Assembly (NCBI GenBank): GCA_965140585.1
Contig: OZ223267.1
Span: 416,001 to 480,000 of the forward strand
Reading direction: 5' to 3'
DNA: 64,000 bases
DNA from: Spirochaetia bacterium
GTDB lineage: Bacteria > Spirochaetota > Spirochaetia > UBA9216
Made by a program: the position numbers and the translations under genes. A model generated the notes under the pieces. That model worked only from the letters and a program-made list of their open reading frames with translations. It was not told where the DNA came from and did not search any database. Positions 49,955 to 59,423 of this stretch are shown here, one piece after another; the stretch's first letter is position 1, and every line of letters begins with the position of its first letter.

Positions 49955-50800
49955 ATGCTTAGAGGCTTATATACAGGCGCAAGCGGCATGCAGGCTCAGA
50001 TCCATAAAATGGATGCCCTTGCCAATAATCTCGCCAATGTTGATACAACAGGATACAAAAAAGACACATCAGTACAGAAAGCTTTTCCGCAGATGCTAAT
50101 CCGCAGAATGAACGATGAAGTATATAAGTTCCCATTCGGTTCTGTAGATACTACCCCGGAGGTTGGAAAGCTCGGAACCGGCGTTGAGTTAAATGAAATA
50201 TATACACAGTTTTCACAGGGTTCTTTAAAAGAGACTTCAAATCCCTTTGATATAGCGCTAGACGGTACCGGTTTTTTTACAATCGAAACTCCGATGGGTG
50301 AAAGGTACACAAGAAACGGAACCTTCCTTATTGATGATAACGGTATGCTTGTAACAAAAGAGGGACTGCCTGTAGAAGGTGAAAACGGTCATATTTATCT
50401 TAAAAAGAACAATTTCGTTATTGATAAACAGGGAAGAGTGTTTCAGAATAAGGATCTTGCGCAGGACCCTCAGCGTCTTGTTTCAATGGAAGAAAACGAC
50501 TGGGCTAATCTTGAGCAGGTTGATACCCTGAAAATCGTCGATTTCCGACGTCCCAGATATCTCGACAAACAGGGCCAGTCACTCTGGTCAGCCAACAATG
50601 AATCAGGTGCGCCCAGGGCAGTGGAACTCGGCGGTACAACAAAGACTATACAGGGATTCCTGGAAACTGCAAACGTAAATCCGGTTACCGAGATGGTAAG
50701 TATGATAAGCGTCAACAGAGCATATGAAGCAAACCAGAAAGTAATACAGGCACACGATGCCATGACCGATAAACTTATAAATCAGGCAGCAAGGGTATAG
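49955..50800 (+). CDS. flgF: Flagellar basal-body rod protein, FlgF/FlhO type
   Basis: GLYTGASGM, ANNLANVDTTGYK, YTRNG and LETANVNPVTEM. Confidence 0.8.
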   Translation: MLRGLYTGASGMQAQIHKMDALANNLANVDTTGYKKDTSVQKAFPQMLIRRMNDEVYKFPFGSVDTTPEVGKLGTGVELNEIYTQFSQGSLKETSNPFDIALDGTGFFTIETPMGERYTRNGTFLIDDNGMLVTKEGLPVEGENGHIYLKKNNFVIDKQGRVFQNKDLAQDPQRLVSMEENDWANLEQVDTLKIVDFRRPRYLDKQGQSLWSANNESGAPRAVELGGTTKTIQGFLETANVNPVTEMVSMISVNRAYEANQKVIQAHDAMTDKLINQAARV

Positions 50801-50813
50801 GGGGTAAAAAGTC

Positions 50814-51608
50814 ATGATGAGATCACTTTACACAGCAGCATCAGGAATGACAGGACAGCAGTACAACATTGATACTATTTCAAATAACCTGTCAAACGTG
50901 AACACAACCGGTTTCAAGCAGAACCGTGTTGATTTTGAAGACCTCCTCTACCAGACAACCAGAGTCGCCGGAACCCCGGCTACAGAGCTTACAGTGGTGC
51001 CTACAGGTGTTCAGGTGGGTCATGGTGTAAGAGTAGCCGCTACTCAGAAAATGTACACTCAGGGCGCTCTTCAGAATACAGGCAATGTATCGGATGTAGC
51101 CATTACCGGCGAAGGCTTTATGAGAGTACTCCTTATGGACGGCTCCTACGGCTACACAAGAGACGGTGCACTTAAAATTGACTCTAACGGTCAGATTGTA
51201 ACTTCCAACGGATATAAACTGATGCCTGAGGTTGTCCTTCCTGAAGGATTTGAAAGAGACTCTCTTACTATTACCCAGGATGGAAGAATTACCGTAAAAG
51301 TTCCCGGAAGTGATGATCCGATTCTTGTCGGACAGATGCAGCTTTACCGCTTTGTAAACCCGGCAGGGCTTTCCGCAATCGGTGAAAACCTTTTAAAGGT
51401 AACAAACGCATCAGGTGACCCGATAGGAGGTCGTCCAGGTTTTGATGGAATGGGTAAAATCCAGCATAAGTTTCTTGAAATGTCGAATGTTTCAGTTGTT
51501 CAGGAAATGGTAAACATGATAGTTGCACAGCGTGCCTATGAACTTAACTCAAAGGCGATCCAGACATCAGACTCAATGCTCCAGATTGCAAATAACTTAA
51601 AGAGATAA
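50814..51608 (+). CDS. flgG: Distal rod protein FlgG
   Basis: SNNLSNVNTTGFK, FEDLLYQ and LEMSNVSVVQEMVNMIVAQRAYELNSK. Confidence 0.95.
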   Translation: MMRSLYTAASGMTGQQYNIDTISNNLSNVNTTGFKQNRVDFEDLLYQTTRVAGTPATELTVVPTGVQVGHGVRVAATQKMYTQGALQNTGNVSDVAITGEGFMRVLLMDGSYGYTRDGALKIDSNGQIVTSNGYKLMPEVVLPEGFERDSLTITQDGRITVKVPGSDDPILVGQMQLYRFVNPAGLSAIGENLLKVTNASGDPIGGRPGFDGMGKIQHKFLEMSNVSVVQEMVNMIVAQRAYELNSKAIQTSDSMLQIANNLKR

Positions 51609-51611
51609 TAG

Positions 51612-51935
51612 ATGGAAATAGCAGATATCGCTGATCTTCAGTACAGAAACCTAAAAACTTCAGATGCGGGAAATATTCTTAATAAAAAAATGCAGAATGA
51701 AGCAGAAGCTAAAAAACTGAAAGATGCCTGCAGAGATTTCGAGTCTCTTTTTATCAAGCAGATGCTCGATTCAATGAAAAAGACTGTCAACAAGTCCGGG
51801 CTGCTTGACGGCGGAATGGCTGAAGATATATTTGAAGATATGCTCTATGATGAATATGCAACCAAAATGGCTGATACTGCTAATCTTGGTATAGCAAAAA
51901 TGATGTATAAGCAGCTTTCTGCCGGCCTTCAATAA
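51612..51935 (+). CDS. flgJ: Rod-binding-domain-only FlgJ
   Basis: LKDACRDFESLFIKQML.SM.KT...GIAKMMYKQL; no muramidase domain. Confidence 0.88.
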   Translation: MEIADIADLQYRNLKTSDAGNILNKKMQNEAEAKKLKDACRDFESLFIKQMLDSMKKTVNKSGLLDGGMAEDIFEDMLYDEYATKMADTANLGIAKMMYKQLSAGLQ

Positions 51936-52153
51936 CAGATCCGGATATTTAAATTAATTGTAAAAGTTCAAAAAACTTCATGAAAACTTCCATCTGAGTG
52001 TTATATTCAAAATAGTAATATTGTTTATTTTATAACGACTCCTGTACAAAAAAGTATACATTTTTTTCTGTTTCTATTTAGAGTAATCTTTGTAAATTTT
52101 GTAAATCACTGCTATGTAAGTAAATACAAGCTTTTTATTTGTGAAATATAAAT

Positions 52154-52169
52154 TGGCACGTTTCCTGCT
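52154..52169 (+). promoter_or_regulatory. Sigma54 (-24/-12) promoter
   Basis: TGGCAC-GTTTC-CTGCT with GG and GC 12 nt apart, about 25 nt before the ATG. Confidence 0.8.
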
Positions 52170-52193
52170 ATATTATATGCGAGGTGATGCCAG

Positions 52194-53033
52194 ATGAATA
52201 AGAATGAAAACATTCAGGACAATACTTTAAAATCTTATTTTAAACAGATTCAGAAATACCCGCTTCTTGATTTTGATCAGGAAATTGAACTTTCAAAGCG
52301 TATTCAGGCTGGCGACAGAAAAGCTGTTGAAACGCTAATTGAATCAAATCTGCGACTTGTTGTAAAAATAGCCAAACCATATGTAAGCAGAGAAATGAGT
52401 TTTCTTGATGTTATCCAGGAAGGTAATCTTGGGCTGATGAAGGCAGCTGAAAAATATGATTTCAGAAAGAATGTAAGATTTTCCACATATGCAGCATGGT
52501 GGATTAGACAGGCAATTGTAAGAGCTATCTCAAATAAAAAGAGACCTATAAGACTTCCGCACCGGAAGGAGGAAACTCTCAGAAAGATTAAACAGGCTTA
52601 CTACACATTAAGTCAGTCATTTATGAGAGAGCCTAATTATGAAGAAATTGGAATTGAGTTGGGGATGAGTGCAGATGAAGTTGAAACAATCCTTCAGATC
52701 AGCGGAGATGTTATTTCACTTGATGCTGAAATGAATGAAGATTCAGGAACTCTTATTACAATGTTTGAAGATATGTCATACGAACCTGCCCAGACTGTAA
52801 TCAAGCAGATTATGCGTGATGATACTCTCAAAACTCTTGATATTCTCCCTGAGAAAGAGAAAAAAGTTCTAATGTACCGTTATTCATTTTATGACGGCAA
52901 GAAATACACACTTAAGAAAATAGGCGACAAATTTGGAATATCACCAGAAACTGTAAGACAGATAGAAATGAGAGCTCTTAAAAAGCTTGAAAAAGAAGCA
53001 GATAAACTTAAAGAGTATGTATATACTGCATAG
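52194..53033 (+). CDS. rpoS: Sigma70-family group 2-like factor (RpoS-like, no region 1.1)
   Basis: [27 protein letters not shown] and ETVRQIE; sigma54 promoter and Borrelia-like context. Confidence 0.72.
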   Translation: MNKNENIQDNTLKSYFKQIQKYPLLDFDQEIELSKRIQAGDRKAVETLIESNLRLVVKIAKPYVSREMSFLDVIQEGNLGLMKAAEKYDFRKNVRFSTYAAWWIRQAIVRAISNKKRPIRLPHRKEETLRKIKQAYYTLSQSFMREPNYEEIGIELGMSADEVETILQISGDVISLDAEMNEDSGTLITMFEDMSYEPAQTVIKQIMRDDTLKTLDILPEKEKKVLMYRYSFYDGKKYTLKKIGDKFGISPETVRQIEMRALKKLEKEADKLKEYVYTA

Positions 53034-53081
53034 ATTCTGTATTACTTGACGAAACGGTAATTTAATAATAACTTTTAGCCG

Positions 53082-54020
53082 GTGGTTAATAAACGCGTAA
53101 AAAAAAAGGGTTTGGGTCTTAAGGGGCTTAAACCCTATTATATTATTTCAGCTTTTATCATAGTACTGCTTGTGTTATTAATCTTTTTGATGAACAGACA
53201 GGCTAAAATTAAAAATCCGGAAAATAGTCCTGCAGTAATTGAGTCAGGAAATAACCGGGTGCCGGAAACCGTACCAGAGAATACGATAACTGAAACATCT
53301 GTTATTCCGGAGCATCCTGAGTATCCTGAAAAAAAGGATATGGGTGAACTGGTTTTTGTGATAGATGATGTTGGAAACAGTATCGAACTGCTTAAAGCTT
53401 TTCTTGATATTCCATACCCTGTTACGTTTGCAATTATGCCTGACAGGCAATATACTGAGGAATGCGCTGCAATGATTACAGCAGCAGGTAAAGAATATAT
53501 CCTTCATCAGCCGATGGAGGCCTTGGGCGATTCAGATCCGGGAGCTTCTGCTATATATACCGGTATGAGCCGCACTGAAATAAGAGAAATTCTTGCCCAT
53601 AATTTTAGTCAGCTTCCGGATGCAAAGGGCATGAATAATCATATGGGATCAAAAGCAACATCGGATCCCGAAGTAATGAGTATTGTGATGGAATATCTGT
53701 CAGAAAACGGGCTTTTTTTTCTTGATAGTTACACAATAGCCGAAACTAACTCAGCTGAAAAAGCTGCGGAAAAATCGGTATCTTACCTTAAGAGGAATAC
53801 AATGTTTTTGGACAATGAAAAGGATCAGGATTCCATTATAGAAGCAATAAACGAAGGGAAAAAAGCGGCCGGTAAAAAGGGTCATGCAGTTATGATTGGT
53901 CATGTAGTAAGCGATGAGCTTGCAAAGGCAATGCTGGAGCTGTATCCTAGTTTTATCGAAGACGGTTTTACTCTCAAGGAGATATCAGAAATCTTTCTTG
54001 AAATGAATCAGCAGGAATAG
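53082..54020 (+). CDS. Divergent polysaccharide deacetylase family protein
   Basis: TM anchor, IDDVG, LHQPME, NNHMGS, FLDS and IGH. Confidence 0.9.
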   Translation: MVNKRVKKKGLGLKGLKPYYIISAFIIVLLVLLIFLMNRQAKIKNPENSPAVIESGNNRVPETVPENTITETSVIPEHPEYPEKKDMGELVFVIDDVGNSIELLKAFLDIPYPVTFAIMPDRQYTEECAAMITAAGKEYILHQPMEALGDSDPGASAIYTGMSRTEIREILAHNFSQLPDAKGMNNHMGSKATSDPEVMSIVMEYLSENGLFFLDSYTIAETNSAEKAAEKSVSYLKRNTMFLDNEKDQDSIIEAINEGKKAAGKKGHAVMIGHVVSDELAKAMLELYPSFIEDGFTLKEISEIFLEMNQQE

Positions 54021-54030
54021 ATTTACAGTT

Positions 54031-55044
54031 ATGCTTGTTCTCGGTATTGAAAGTTCTTGTGATGAATGTGCCGCCTCGGTTGTGGAGGACGGTAGAAGAA
54101 TTCTCAGCAATGAAATTGCTACACAGATAGATATACACGTTCCTTATAACGGAGTTGTCCCTGAAATTGCTTCGAGGACTCATACAGAATGGATCTCTGG
54201 AGTGGTCAATCGGGCTCTAGAAGCTTCAGGTAAAACGCTGCCCGAAATTGACGGAATTGCAGTTACCAACCGTCCCGGGCTTATCGGTTCACTGCTTGTC
54301 GGACTTTCTTTTGCAAAGGGTTTATCACTCTCAAGCGGTATTCCTTTTATCGGTGTCGATCATATTCTTGCCCATCTATATGCAGCCAGACTTGAGTTTG
54401 AAATTGAATACCCATATATGGGTTTGCTCGTTTCCGGCGGACACACTATTATCTCAATAGTTAAAGCCTTTGATGATATTGAAGTTCTAGGAACCACGAT
54501 CGATGATGCGTGCGGAGAAGCATATGATAAGGTTGCAAAGCACTATGGTTTCGGATATCCGGGCGGAGCTGTAATTGATAAAATGGCTCAGAACGGGAAT
54601 TCGGCGGCCTTCAGTTTTCCTGACCCCTCACTCCATAAGGGTGATCACAGATATGATGTTTCATATTCGGGTCTTAAAACAGCAGTAATAAACCAGCTTG
54701 AGCAGTTCAGGAATGATGGTTTTGAAGCTACAAAAGAGAATATCTCCGCCGGCTTTCAAAAAGCGGCAATTGATATGCTGACTAAAAGGCTGTTCAAGGC
54801 CGCCCAGGATAATAATATTAATAGAATAGTTGCAGGCGGCGGAGTTGCAGCCAATTCCTACCTTAGAGAATCCTTGAAATCCAGAAATAATTTTAAGATG
54901 TTTTTCCCGTCAATGGCGCTCTGTACTGATAATGCAGCAATGATAGCAGGAATCGGCTACCACCATCTTGCAAGAGGTGAGAAGTCTGAACTTTCCTTAA
55001 ATGCCGGTTCCAGGGTGGATGGCTTTCGAAAAAAATACCCCTGA
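54031..55044 (+). CDS. tsaD: t6A tRNA modification protein TsaD
   Basis: GIESSCDE, GVVPEIASR.H, H...H, VSGGHT, DDACGEAYDK and CTDNAAMI. Confidence 0.96.
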   Translation: MLVLGIESSCDECAASVVEDGRRILSNEIATQIDIHVPYNGVVPEIASRTHTEWISGVVNRALEASGKTLPEIDGIAVTNRPGLIGSLLVGLSFAKGLSLSSGIPFIGVDHILAHLYAARLEFEIEYPYMGLLVSGGHTIISIVKAFDDIEVLGTTIDDACGEAYDKVAKHYGFGYPGGAVIDKMAQNGNSAAFSFPDPSLHKGDHRYDVSYSGLKTAVINQLEQFRNDGFEATKENISAGFQKAAIDMLTKRLFKAAQDNNINRIVAGGGVAANSYLRESLKSRNNFKMFFPSMALCTDNAAMIAGIGYHHLARGEKSELSLNAGSRVDGFRKKYP

Positions 55045-55056
55045 TTTCTCAGGGGT
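55038..55056. terminator. Hairpin between convergent tsaD and satP
   Basis: CCCCTGA-TTTC-TCAGGGG, preceded by an A-run that forms the U tail on the minus strand. Confidence 0.55.
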
Positions 55057-55076
55057 TCCAATTATTTATTTAATAA

Positions 55077-55643
55077 TTAATTGACCATACCAAGCGGCAG
55101 AACTGTTTTACCGTAAATCTCATTGAGGATAAGGGCAATAGCAGTATAGAAAGCTGAAAAACCGCAGAAGATTCCCTCTATTCCGGCAATGGTATGCAGC
55201 ACATGACTTCCGGTAAAATCGGATAAGGCAAGAAGCACAAAAAGAACAGTAAGTGAACCGAAAATAGTCTGATGGGCTTTACTGATCCTGAGAGTTCCGA
55301 AATACATGCAGAAAGTAAAGATGCCCCAGAGAAGCAGGTAGAAACCGGCATCAAGGCTTGTTGAAGATGTTACCATTTCTGCCGGAAGCAGTTTTAGGGC
55401 GACAAAGGAGAGCCAGAAAAAACCATACATGGTAAATGCTGTAGCTCCGAAAGTATTACCGATTTTCCATTCCTGTACACCGGCTATTACCTGTGCGATA
55501 CCTCCTACGAAAATCCCCATGCCCAGAATCATAGCTGTAAGAGGGAACACCCCGGCATTATGGATATTTAGCAGAATAGTAGTCATTCCGAACCCGAGCA
55601 GACCTAGCGGCGCCGGATTTCCAGTACTTGAGTTTGCAGACAC
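55077..55643 (-). CDS. satP: Acetate uptake transporter (GPR1/FUN34/YaaH)
   Basis: NPAPLGLLGFGMTT signature and six TM helices; GTG start. Confidence 0.92.
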   Translation of the reverse strand: MSANSSTGNPAPLGLLGFGMTTILLNIHNAGVFPLTAMILGMGIFVGGIAQVIAGVQEWKIGNTFGATAFTMYGFFWLSFVALKLLPAEMVTSSTSLDAGFYLLLWGIFTFCMYFGTLRISKAHQTIFGSLTVLFVLLALSDFTGSHVLHTIAGIEGIFCGFSAFYTAIALILNEIYGKTVLPLGMVN

Positions 55644-55665
55644 TAATACACTCCTGATAGATAAT

Positions 55666-55691
55666 AAAAAAAACCGCTGCGACCGCAGCGG
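55666..55691 (-). terminator. Intrinsic terminator after fba
   Basis: CCGCTGC-N4-GCAGCGG followed by T8 on the minus strand. Confidence 0.8.
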
Positions 55692-55730
55692 CTTGTATAC
55701 TAACTTAAAACACTTTTTTTGGAAAGACCC

Positions 55731-56729
55731 TCAGGCTTTTCCTGCTGAGCCGAGAACGTTATTATTCTTAGCCATGTACAGTTCTTTTAGTGCATCTCTG
55801 GCAGGTGAAAGATACTGTCTCGGATCAAAATGACCAGGATTTTCAGCCATGTATTTCCTTATGGCAGCAGTCATTGCAAGACGACCGTCAGAATCTATGT
55901 TGATTTTACATACTGCAGAAGCAGCTGCTTTTCTCAGCTGTTCTTCGGGAATTCCGACAGCATCTTTAAGTGCACCGCCGTTTGCGTTAATGGTATTTAC
56001 CTGATCCTGGGGAACAGAGGATGAACCGTGAAGAACAATGGGAAATCCCGGAAGTTTTTCTTCAATTTCTTCAAGGATATCAAATCTCAGCGGAGGCGGA
56101 ACAAGAACACCATCAGCATTCCTTGTACACTGTTCAGGTTTGAATTTATTAGCACCATGAGAAGTTCCTATTGATATTGCAAGTGAATCAACACCGGTTT
56201 TTGATACAAAGTCAATTACTTCCTCAGGTCTGGTGTATGTTGATTTTTCAGCAACAACATCGTCTTCTATACCAGCAAGTACTCCAAGTTCACCTTCAAC
56301 AGTTACATAGTTTTCCTGTGAGTGTGCGTAGTCAACAACTTTCTTGGTAAGTGCAACGTTTTCTTCATATGAATGATGTGAACCGTCGATCATTACTGAG
56401 GAAAAACCATTATCAATACATTCTTTGCAGATTTCAAAATCGGCGCCGTGATCAAGATGCAGTACTACAGGTATGTCATAACCAAGTTCGTGTGCATATT
56501 CAACTGCACCCTTAGCCATGTTTCTCAGCAGCGTACCGTTTGCATATTTTCTTGCACCTGCTGATACCTGAAGGATAACAGGTGATTTTGTTTCGACACA
56601 AGCCTGAATAATAGCCTGCATCTGCTCCATATTGTTGAAGTTATATGCGGGTATAGCATAACCGCCTTCAACAGCCTTGGCAAACATTTCCTTGGTGTTA
56701 ACCAGGCCAAGTTCCTTGTATGAAGTCAT
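55731..56729 (-). CDS. fba: Class II fructose-bisphosphate aldolase
   Basis: HLDHG, SSVMIDGS, EGELG, GTSHG, LHGSS and KINIDSD. Confidence 0.95.
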   Translation of the reverse strand: MTSYKELGLVNTKEMFAKAVEGGYAIPAYNFNNMEQMQAIIQACVETKSPVILQVSAGARKYANGTLLRNMAKGAVEYAHELGYDIPVVLHLDHGADFEICKECIDNGFSSVMIDGSHHSYEENVALTKKVVDYAHSQENYVTVEGELGVLAGIEDDVVAEKSTYTRPEEVIDFVSKTGVDSLAISIGTSHGANKFKPEQCTRNADGVLVPPPLRFDILEEIEEKLPGFPIVLHGSSSVPQDQVNTINANGGALKDAVGIPEEQLRKAAASAVCKINIDSDGRLAMTAAIRKYMAENPGHFDPRQYLSPARDALKELYMAKNNNVLGSAGKA

Positions 56730-56842
56730 ACTTTTAACTCCTTGTATATTCATTCGAGATAAAGATTAATCACGGATGTGCACACTGTCAAGGCAAACCC
56801 GAAACTTTTGAACAAGTTCTTCATTTTATTGGAAAATCTCGC

Positions 56843-57793
56843 TTGATTATTAATTACAGGAATATTAGCATAAATCCGATGAAGCTCAGAAATACAGTTT
56901 TACTCATGTCTTTTCTTTTAATTTCAATGACGCCTTTATATGCAGATTCCTATGTTCTAATTACCGACAAGTACTGGAACACGATGCTTCAGCAGGAGTA
57001 TGAACCCGGACTCATTACGAAGATTAATACTTTTATTGAAGAACGTACCGGGTTGAAAATTGAGAATAATATAAGAGTTGACGGAACGAAAATCAGGCTT
57101 GATGTAATAGAGAATGACTCGGTGCTTGGTTCTATTGAAAAGCTGAGCAGTGAAATCAGAACATCCGCCGAAGATACAGTCCTGCTCAGTCCCTACATCT
57201 CCTCTGCGGCTGAAGAATTGGCTTCAATGTTTCCTGATAAAAAAATTATAGCCTTGAAAGCTGAAGATTTTCACGATTCTGAACCTCTCCCGGAGACAGG
57301 GGATAATCTGTTCCGTCTGATTTGGGATTATGAGCAGGCTTTCATCAGTGCCGGAGAATATGCCGGTAAACTCGAAAAACCTCTTATCGGTGTTTTTTAC
57401 ACAGGTACTCCGGAATCCAGGAATCAATATGAAGCCTTTATGGAGGGGGTTGATTCGGTTAATTCAGCTTTGGAGAAAGATATATTAAAATTTTCCAGCA
57501 TTGATGATAAAAATGTTGTAAGAAAATTCACTGAAAAAATTGAGAACCATGACATTTTTTCTGCAGCAGTATTTGCCGGCCCATATAATCCTGATATACT
57601 TGCAGGAGAAGAAGGTGCGGGAACTGAAGATATTCTAACTGCGAATACACTTATCTGGCCGAATTCCGGTTTTCAGGTAAAAGGTTCAGTGGAATTGACT
57701 CCTTTGACGGTTATCGGCTATGGAATTCGTGAATTTTCGGCAAAAGATGCTGAAAATTCAAAAAAAATATATGCGGATTTTATTTTATACTGA
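56843..57793 (+). CDS. Exported hypothetical protein, weakly periplasmic-binding-protein-like
   Basis: Long ORF with a signal peptide (probable ATG 56879) and an alpha/beta pattern; no firm motif. Confidence 0.55.
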   Translation: MIINYRNISINPMKLRNTVLLMSFLLISMTPLYADSYVLITDKYWNTMLQQEYEPGLITKINTFIEERTGLKIENNIRVDGTKIRLDVIENDSVLGSIEKLSSEIRTSAEDTVLLSPYISSAAEELASMFPDKKIIALKAEDFHDSEPLPETGDNLFRLIWDYEQAFISAGEYAGKLEKPLIGVFYTGTPESRNQYEAFMEGVDSVNSALEKDILKFSSIDDKNVVRKFTEKIENHDIFSAAVFAGPYNPDILAGEEGAGTEDILTANTLIWPNSGFQVKGSVELTPLTVIGYGIREFSAKDAENSKKIYADFILY

Positions 57794-57816
57794 AAAGACC
57801 CGAAAAAGAAAAAGAT

Positions 57817-57845
57817 TTGACAAACATATTTGTAAGAAATATAAT
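57817..57845 (+). promoter_or_regulatory. Perfect consensus sigma70 promoter for the flaA pair
   Basis: TTGACA-17 nt-TATAAT. Confidence 0.88.
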
Positions 57846-57895
57846 TCAAATTGTCTTGGATTCTGTGACTTTTGTTACTACATTAAGGAGTAAAA

Positions 57896-58630
57896 ATGAT
57901 GAAACGAGGTAGCTTCCTATTCCTGTGCATTTTACTCGCCATTGCCTTCGTTATTCCTTCGAATGCGTTCGCAGATGAATCAACCGAGAATCTGGTCTCA
58001 TGGGTTATCGAAAGCTTCGATCCTGAAGATAGAACCAGTGACTGGGTTGTTACAGCGAGTAAGTTTGTAACAGAGGGTTATCCAAAGCAGATTTATGCTA
58101 AAAACTGGCCTGAAGCTCTGTGGGGATACAATCTGGAAGGAAAGGATTACGAAGTTCTTGGTATAAATGCCAAATTTGATCGGAAAGGATATAATTATCT
58201 TGAGATTGTGCCTATTACCGGTGATCCGGCAGGTGATTGGCAGCACAATCCCATAGAGCTGAAGGGTCGGGTTCAGAAATTCGACTGCTGGGTATGGGGT
58301 TCAATGTATGATTATAATATAGAACTTCATCTAATGGATTATAACGGTGTAAACTGGGTTCTTCCTGTCGGAAACCTTAAATACAGCGGATGGAAAAACC
58401 TCGCGGTTGATATTCCTGCATATGTTCCGCAGTCTGCCGTTTATATTCCATATTACAAACAGCTTACATTTGAAAAAATGGTTATCTGGACCATGCCTTA
58501 TGAAGCTGTAGATAATTTCTATATCTATATCGATCATCTCAAGATTCTTACAGACGTATTCGAATCCAGGTTTGACGGAGATACTCTGACATGGCCTGAT
58601 AAGATCGGTGAAATGTGGGGTAATGAATGA
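57896..58630 (+). CDS. flaA: Flagellar filament outer layer (sheath) protein, FlaA family
   Basis: Signal peptide; LG...FDRKGYN, WVWGS, G.L.Y.GWK.L...IP and YIDHLK..TD. Confidence 0.88.
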   Translation: MMKRGSFLFLCILLAIAFVIPSNAFADESTENLVSWVIESFDPEDRTSDWVVTASKFVTEGYPKQIYAKNWPEALWGYNLEGKDYEVLGINAKFDRKGYNYLEIVPITGDPAGDWQHNPIELKGRVQKFDCWVWGSMYDYNIELHLMDYNGVNWVLPVGNLKYSGWKNLAVDIPAYVPQSAVYIPYYKQLTFEKMVIWTMPYEAVDNFYIYIDHLKILTDVFESRFDGDTLTWPDKIGEMWGNE

Positions 58631-59358
58631 TGACTCGAACGAATAAAATACTTGTTATACTTTTAGTATTGACTGTTGCGGCAGTTTCAATGGTTTCTGC
58701 TCAGGCCGCTAACAGGGCAGTCGGTGATCCGGATCCCACACAGATTGGTGTTGACACTGCACAGCAGGAACTGAAGGAAGTCTCAATCTCAAAGTTTGAG
58801 GATGCCGGCTTCTGGAGAACTACAATGCCGAGAGATTCCGGTATTTCTGCTATTAGAAAGATTACCGGCGGTCCTATTGATAAGGAACCCATTCCTGAAG
58901 AGGAAGAACTTGGAATAAGCACACCTGATGATTATGTTCTTGGTGCCAGAGTTAATTTCTATAAAAGATCTGTAACTTCTTTTGCAATTATGCCTGCTAA
59001 TCCTCTTCCTGTGGAAGGCATCTGTAAAACTGTTTCAGTCTGGGTAATTGGAAGAAATACCGATCATGTTCTGAAACTTTTAATTAAAGACCATTTTGGA
59101 CAGAGAGCTGAAATTACTATGGGAAAACTTAATTTCAGCGGCTGGAAGAAAATGACCGTTGCAGTACCGACAAATATAACCCAGAAAGATTATCATTATG
59201 TTAATAAGATGGGTATTGAGATTCTTGGTTTCAAGGTTGACTGTAATGTAGAAGAAACCTACGGTTCATACTACATTTATTTTGATGACCTTAGAGCTAC
59301 AACAGACCTTTTCAGTGAAAACAACAGAGATGTTGATGATATAGCTGATACATGGTAG
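58627..59358 (+). CDS. flaA: Second FlaA family sheath protein
   Basis: Signal peptide; KFEDAGFW, VLG.RV.F, VWVIGRN, MGKLNFSGWKK and YFDDLRA.TD. Confidence 0.88.
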   Translation: MMTRTNKILVILLVLTVAAVSMVSAQAANRAVGDPDPTQIGVDTAQQELKEVSISKFEDAGFWRTTMPRDSGISAIRKITGGPIDKEPIPEEEELGISTPDDYVLGARVNFYKRSVTSFAIMPANPLPVEGICKTVSVWVIGRNTDHVLKLLIKDHFGQRAEITMGKLNFSGWKKMTVAVPTNITQKDYHYVNKMGIEILGFKVDCNVEETYGSYYIYFDDLRATTDLFSENNRDVDDIADTW

Positions 59359-59387
59359 ACCGGAGATTCATTTTATAGAGAGATATG

Positions 59388-59419
59388 GGACTGACTGAAA
59401 TATGTCAGTCCTTTTTTTT
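59388..59419 (+). terminator. Intrinsic terminator after the flaA pair
   Basis: GGACTGAC-N8-GTCAGTCC followed by T8. Confidence 0.85.
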
Positions 59420-59423
59420 AATT

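Noticed and set aside
59385-59423. Upstream start for the OmpA-family gene
   Set aside because: It lies inside the flaA terminator hairpin; the ATG at 59424 gives a normal signal peptide.
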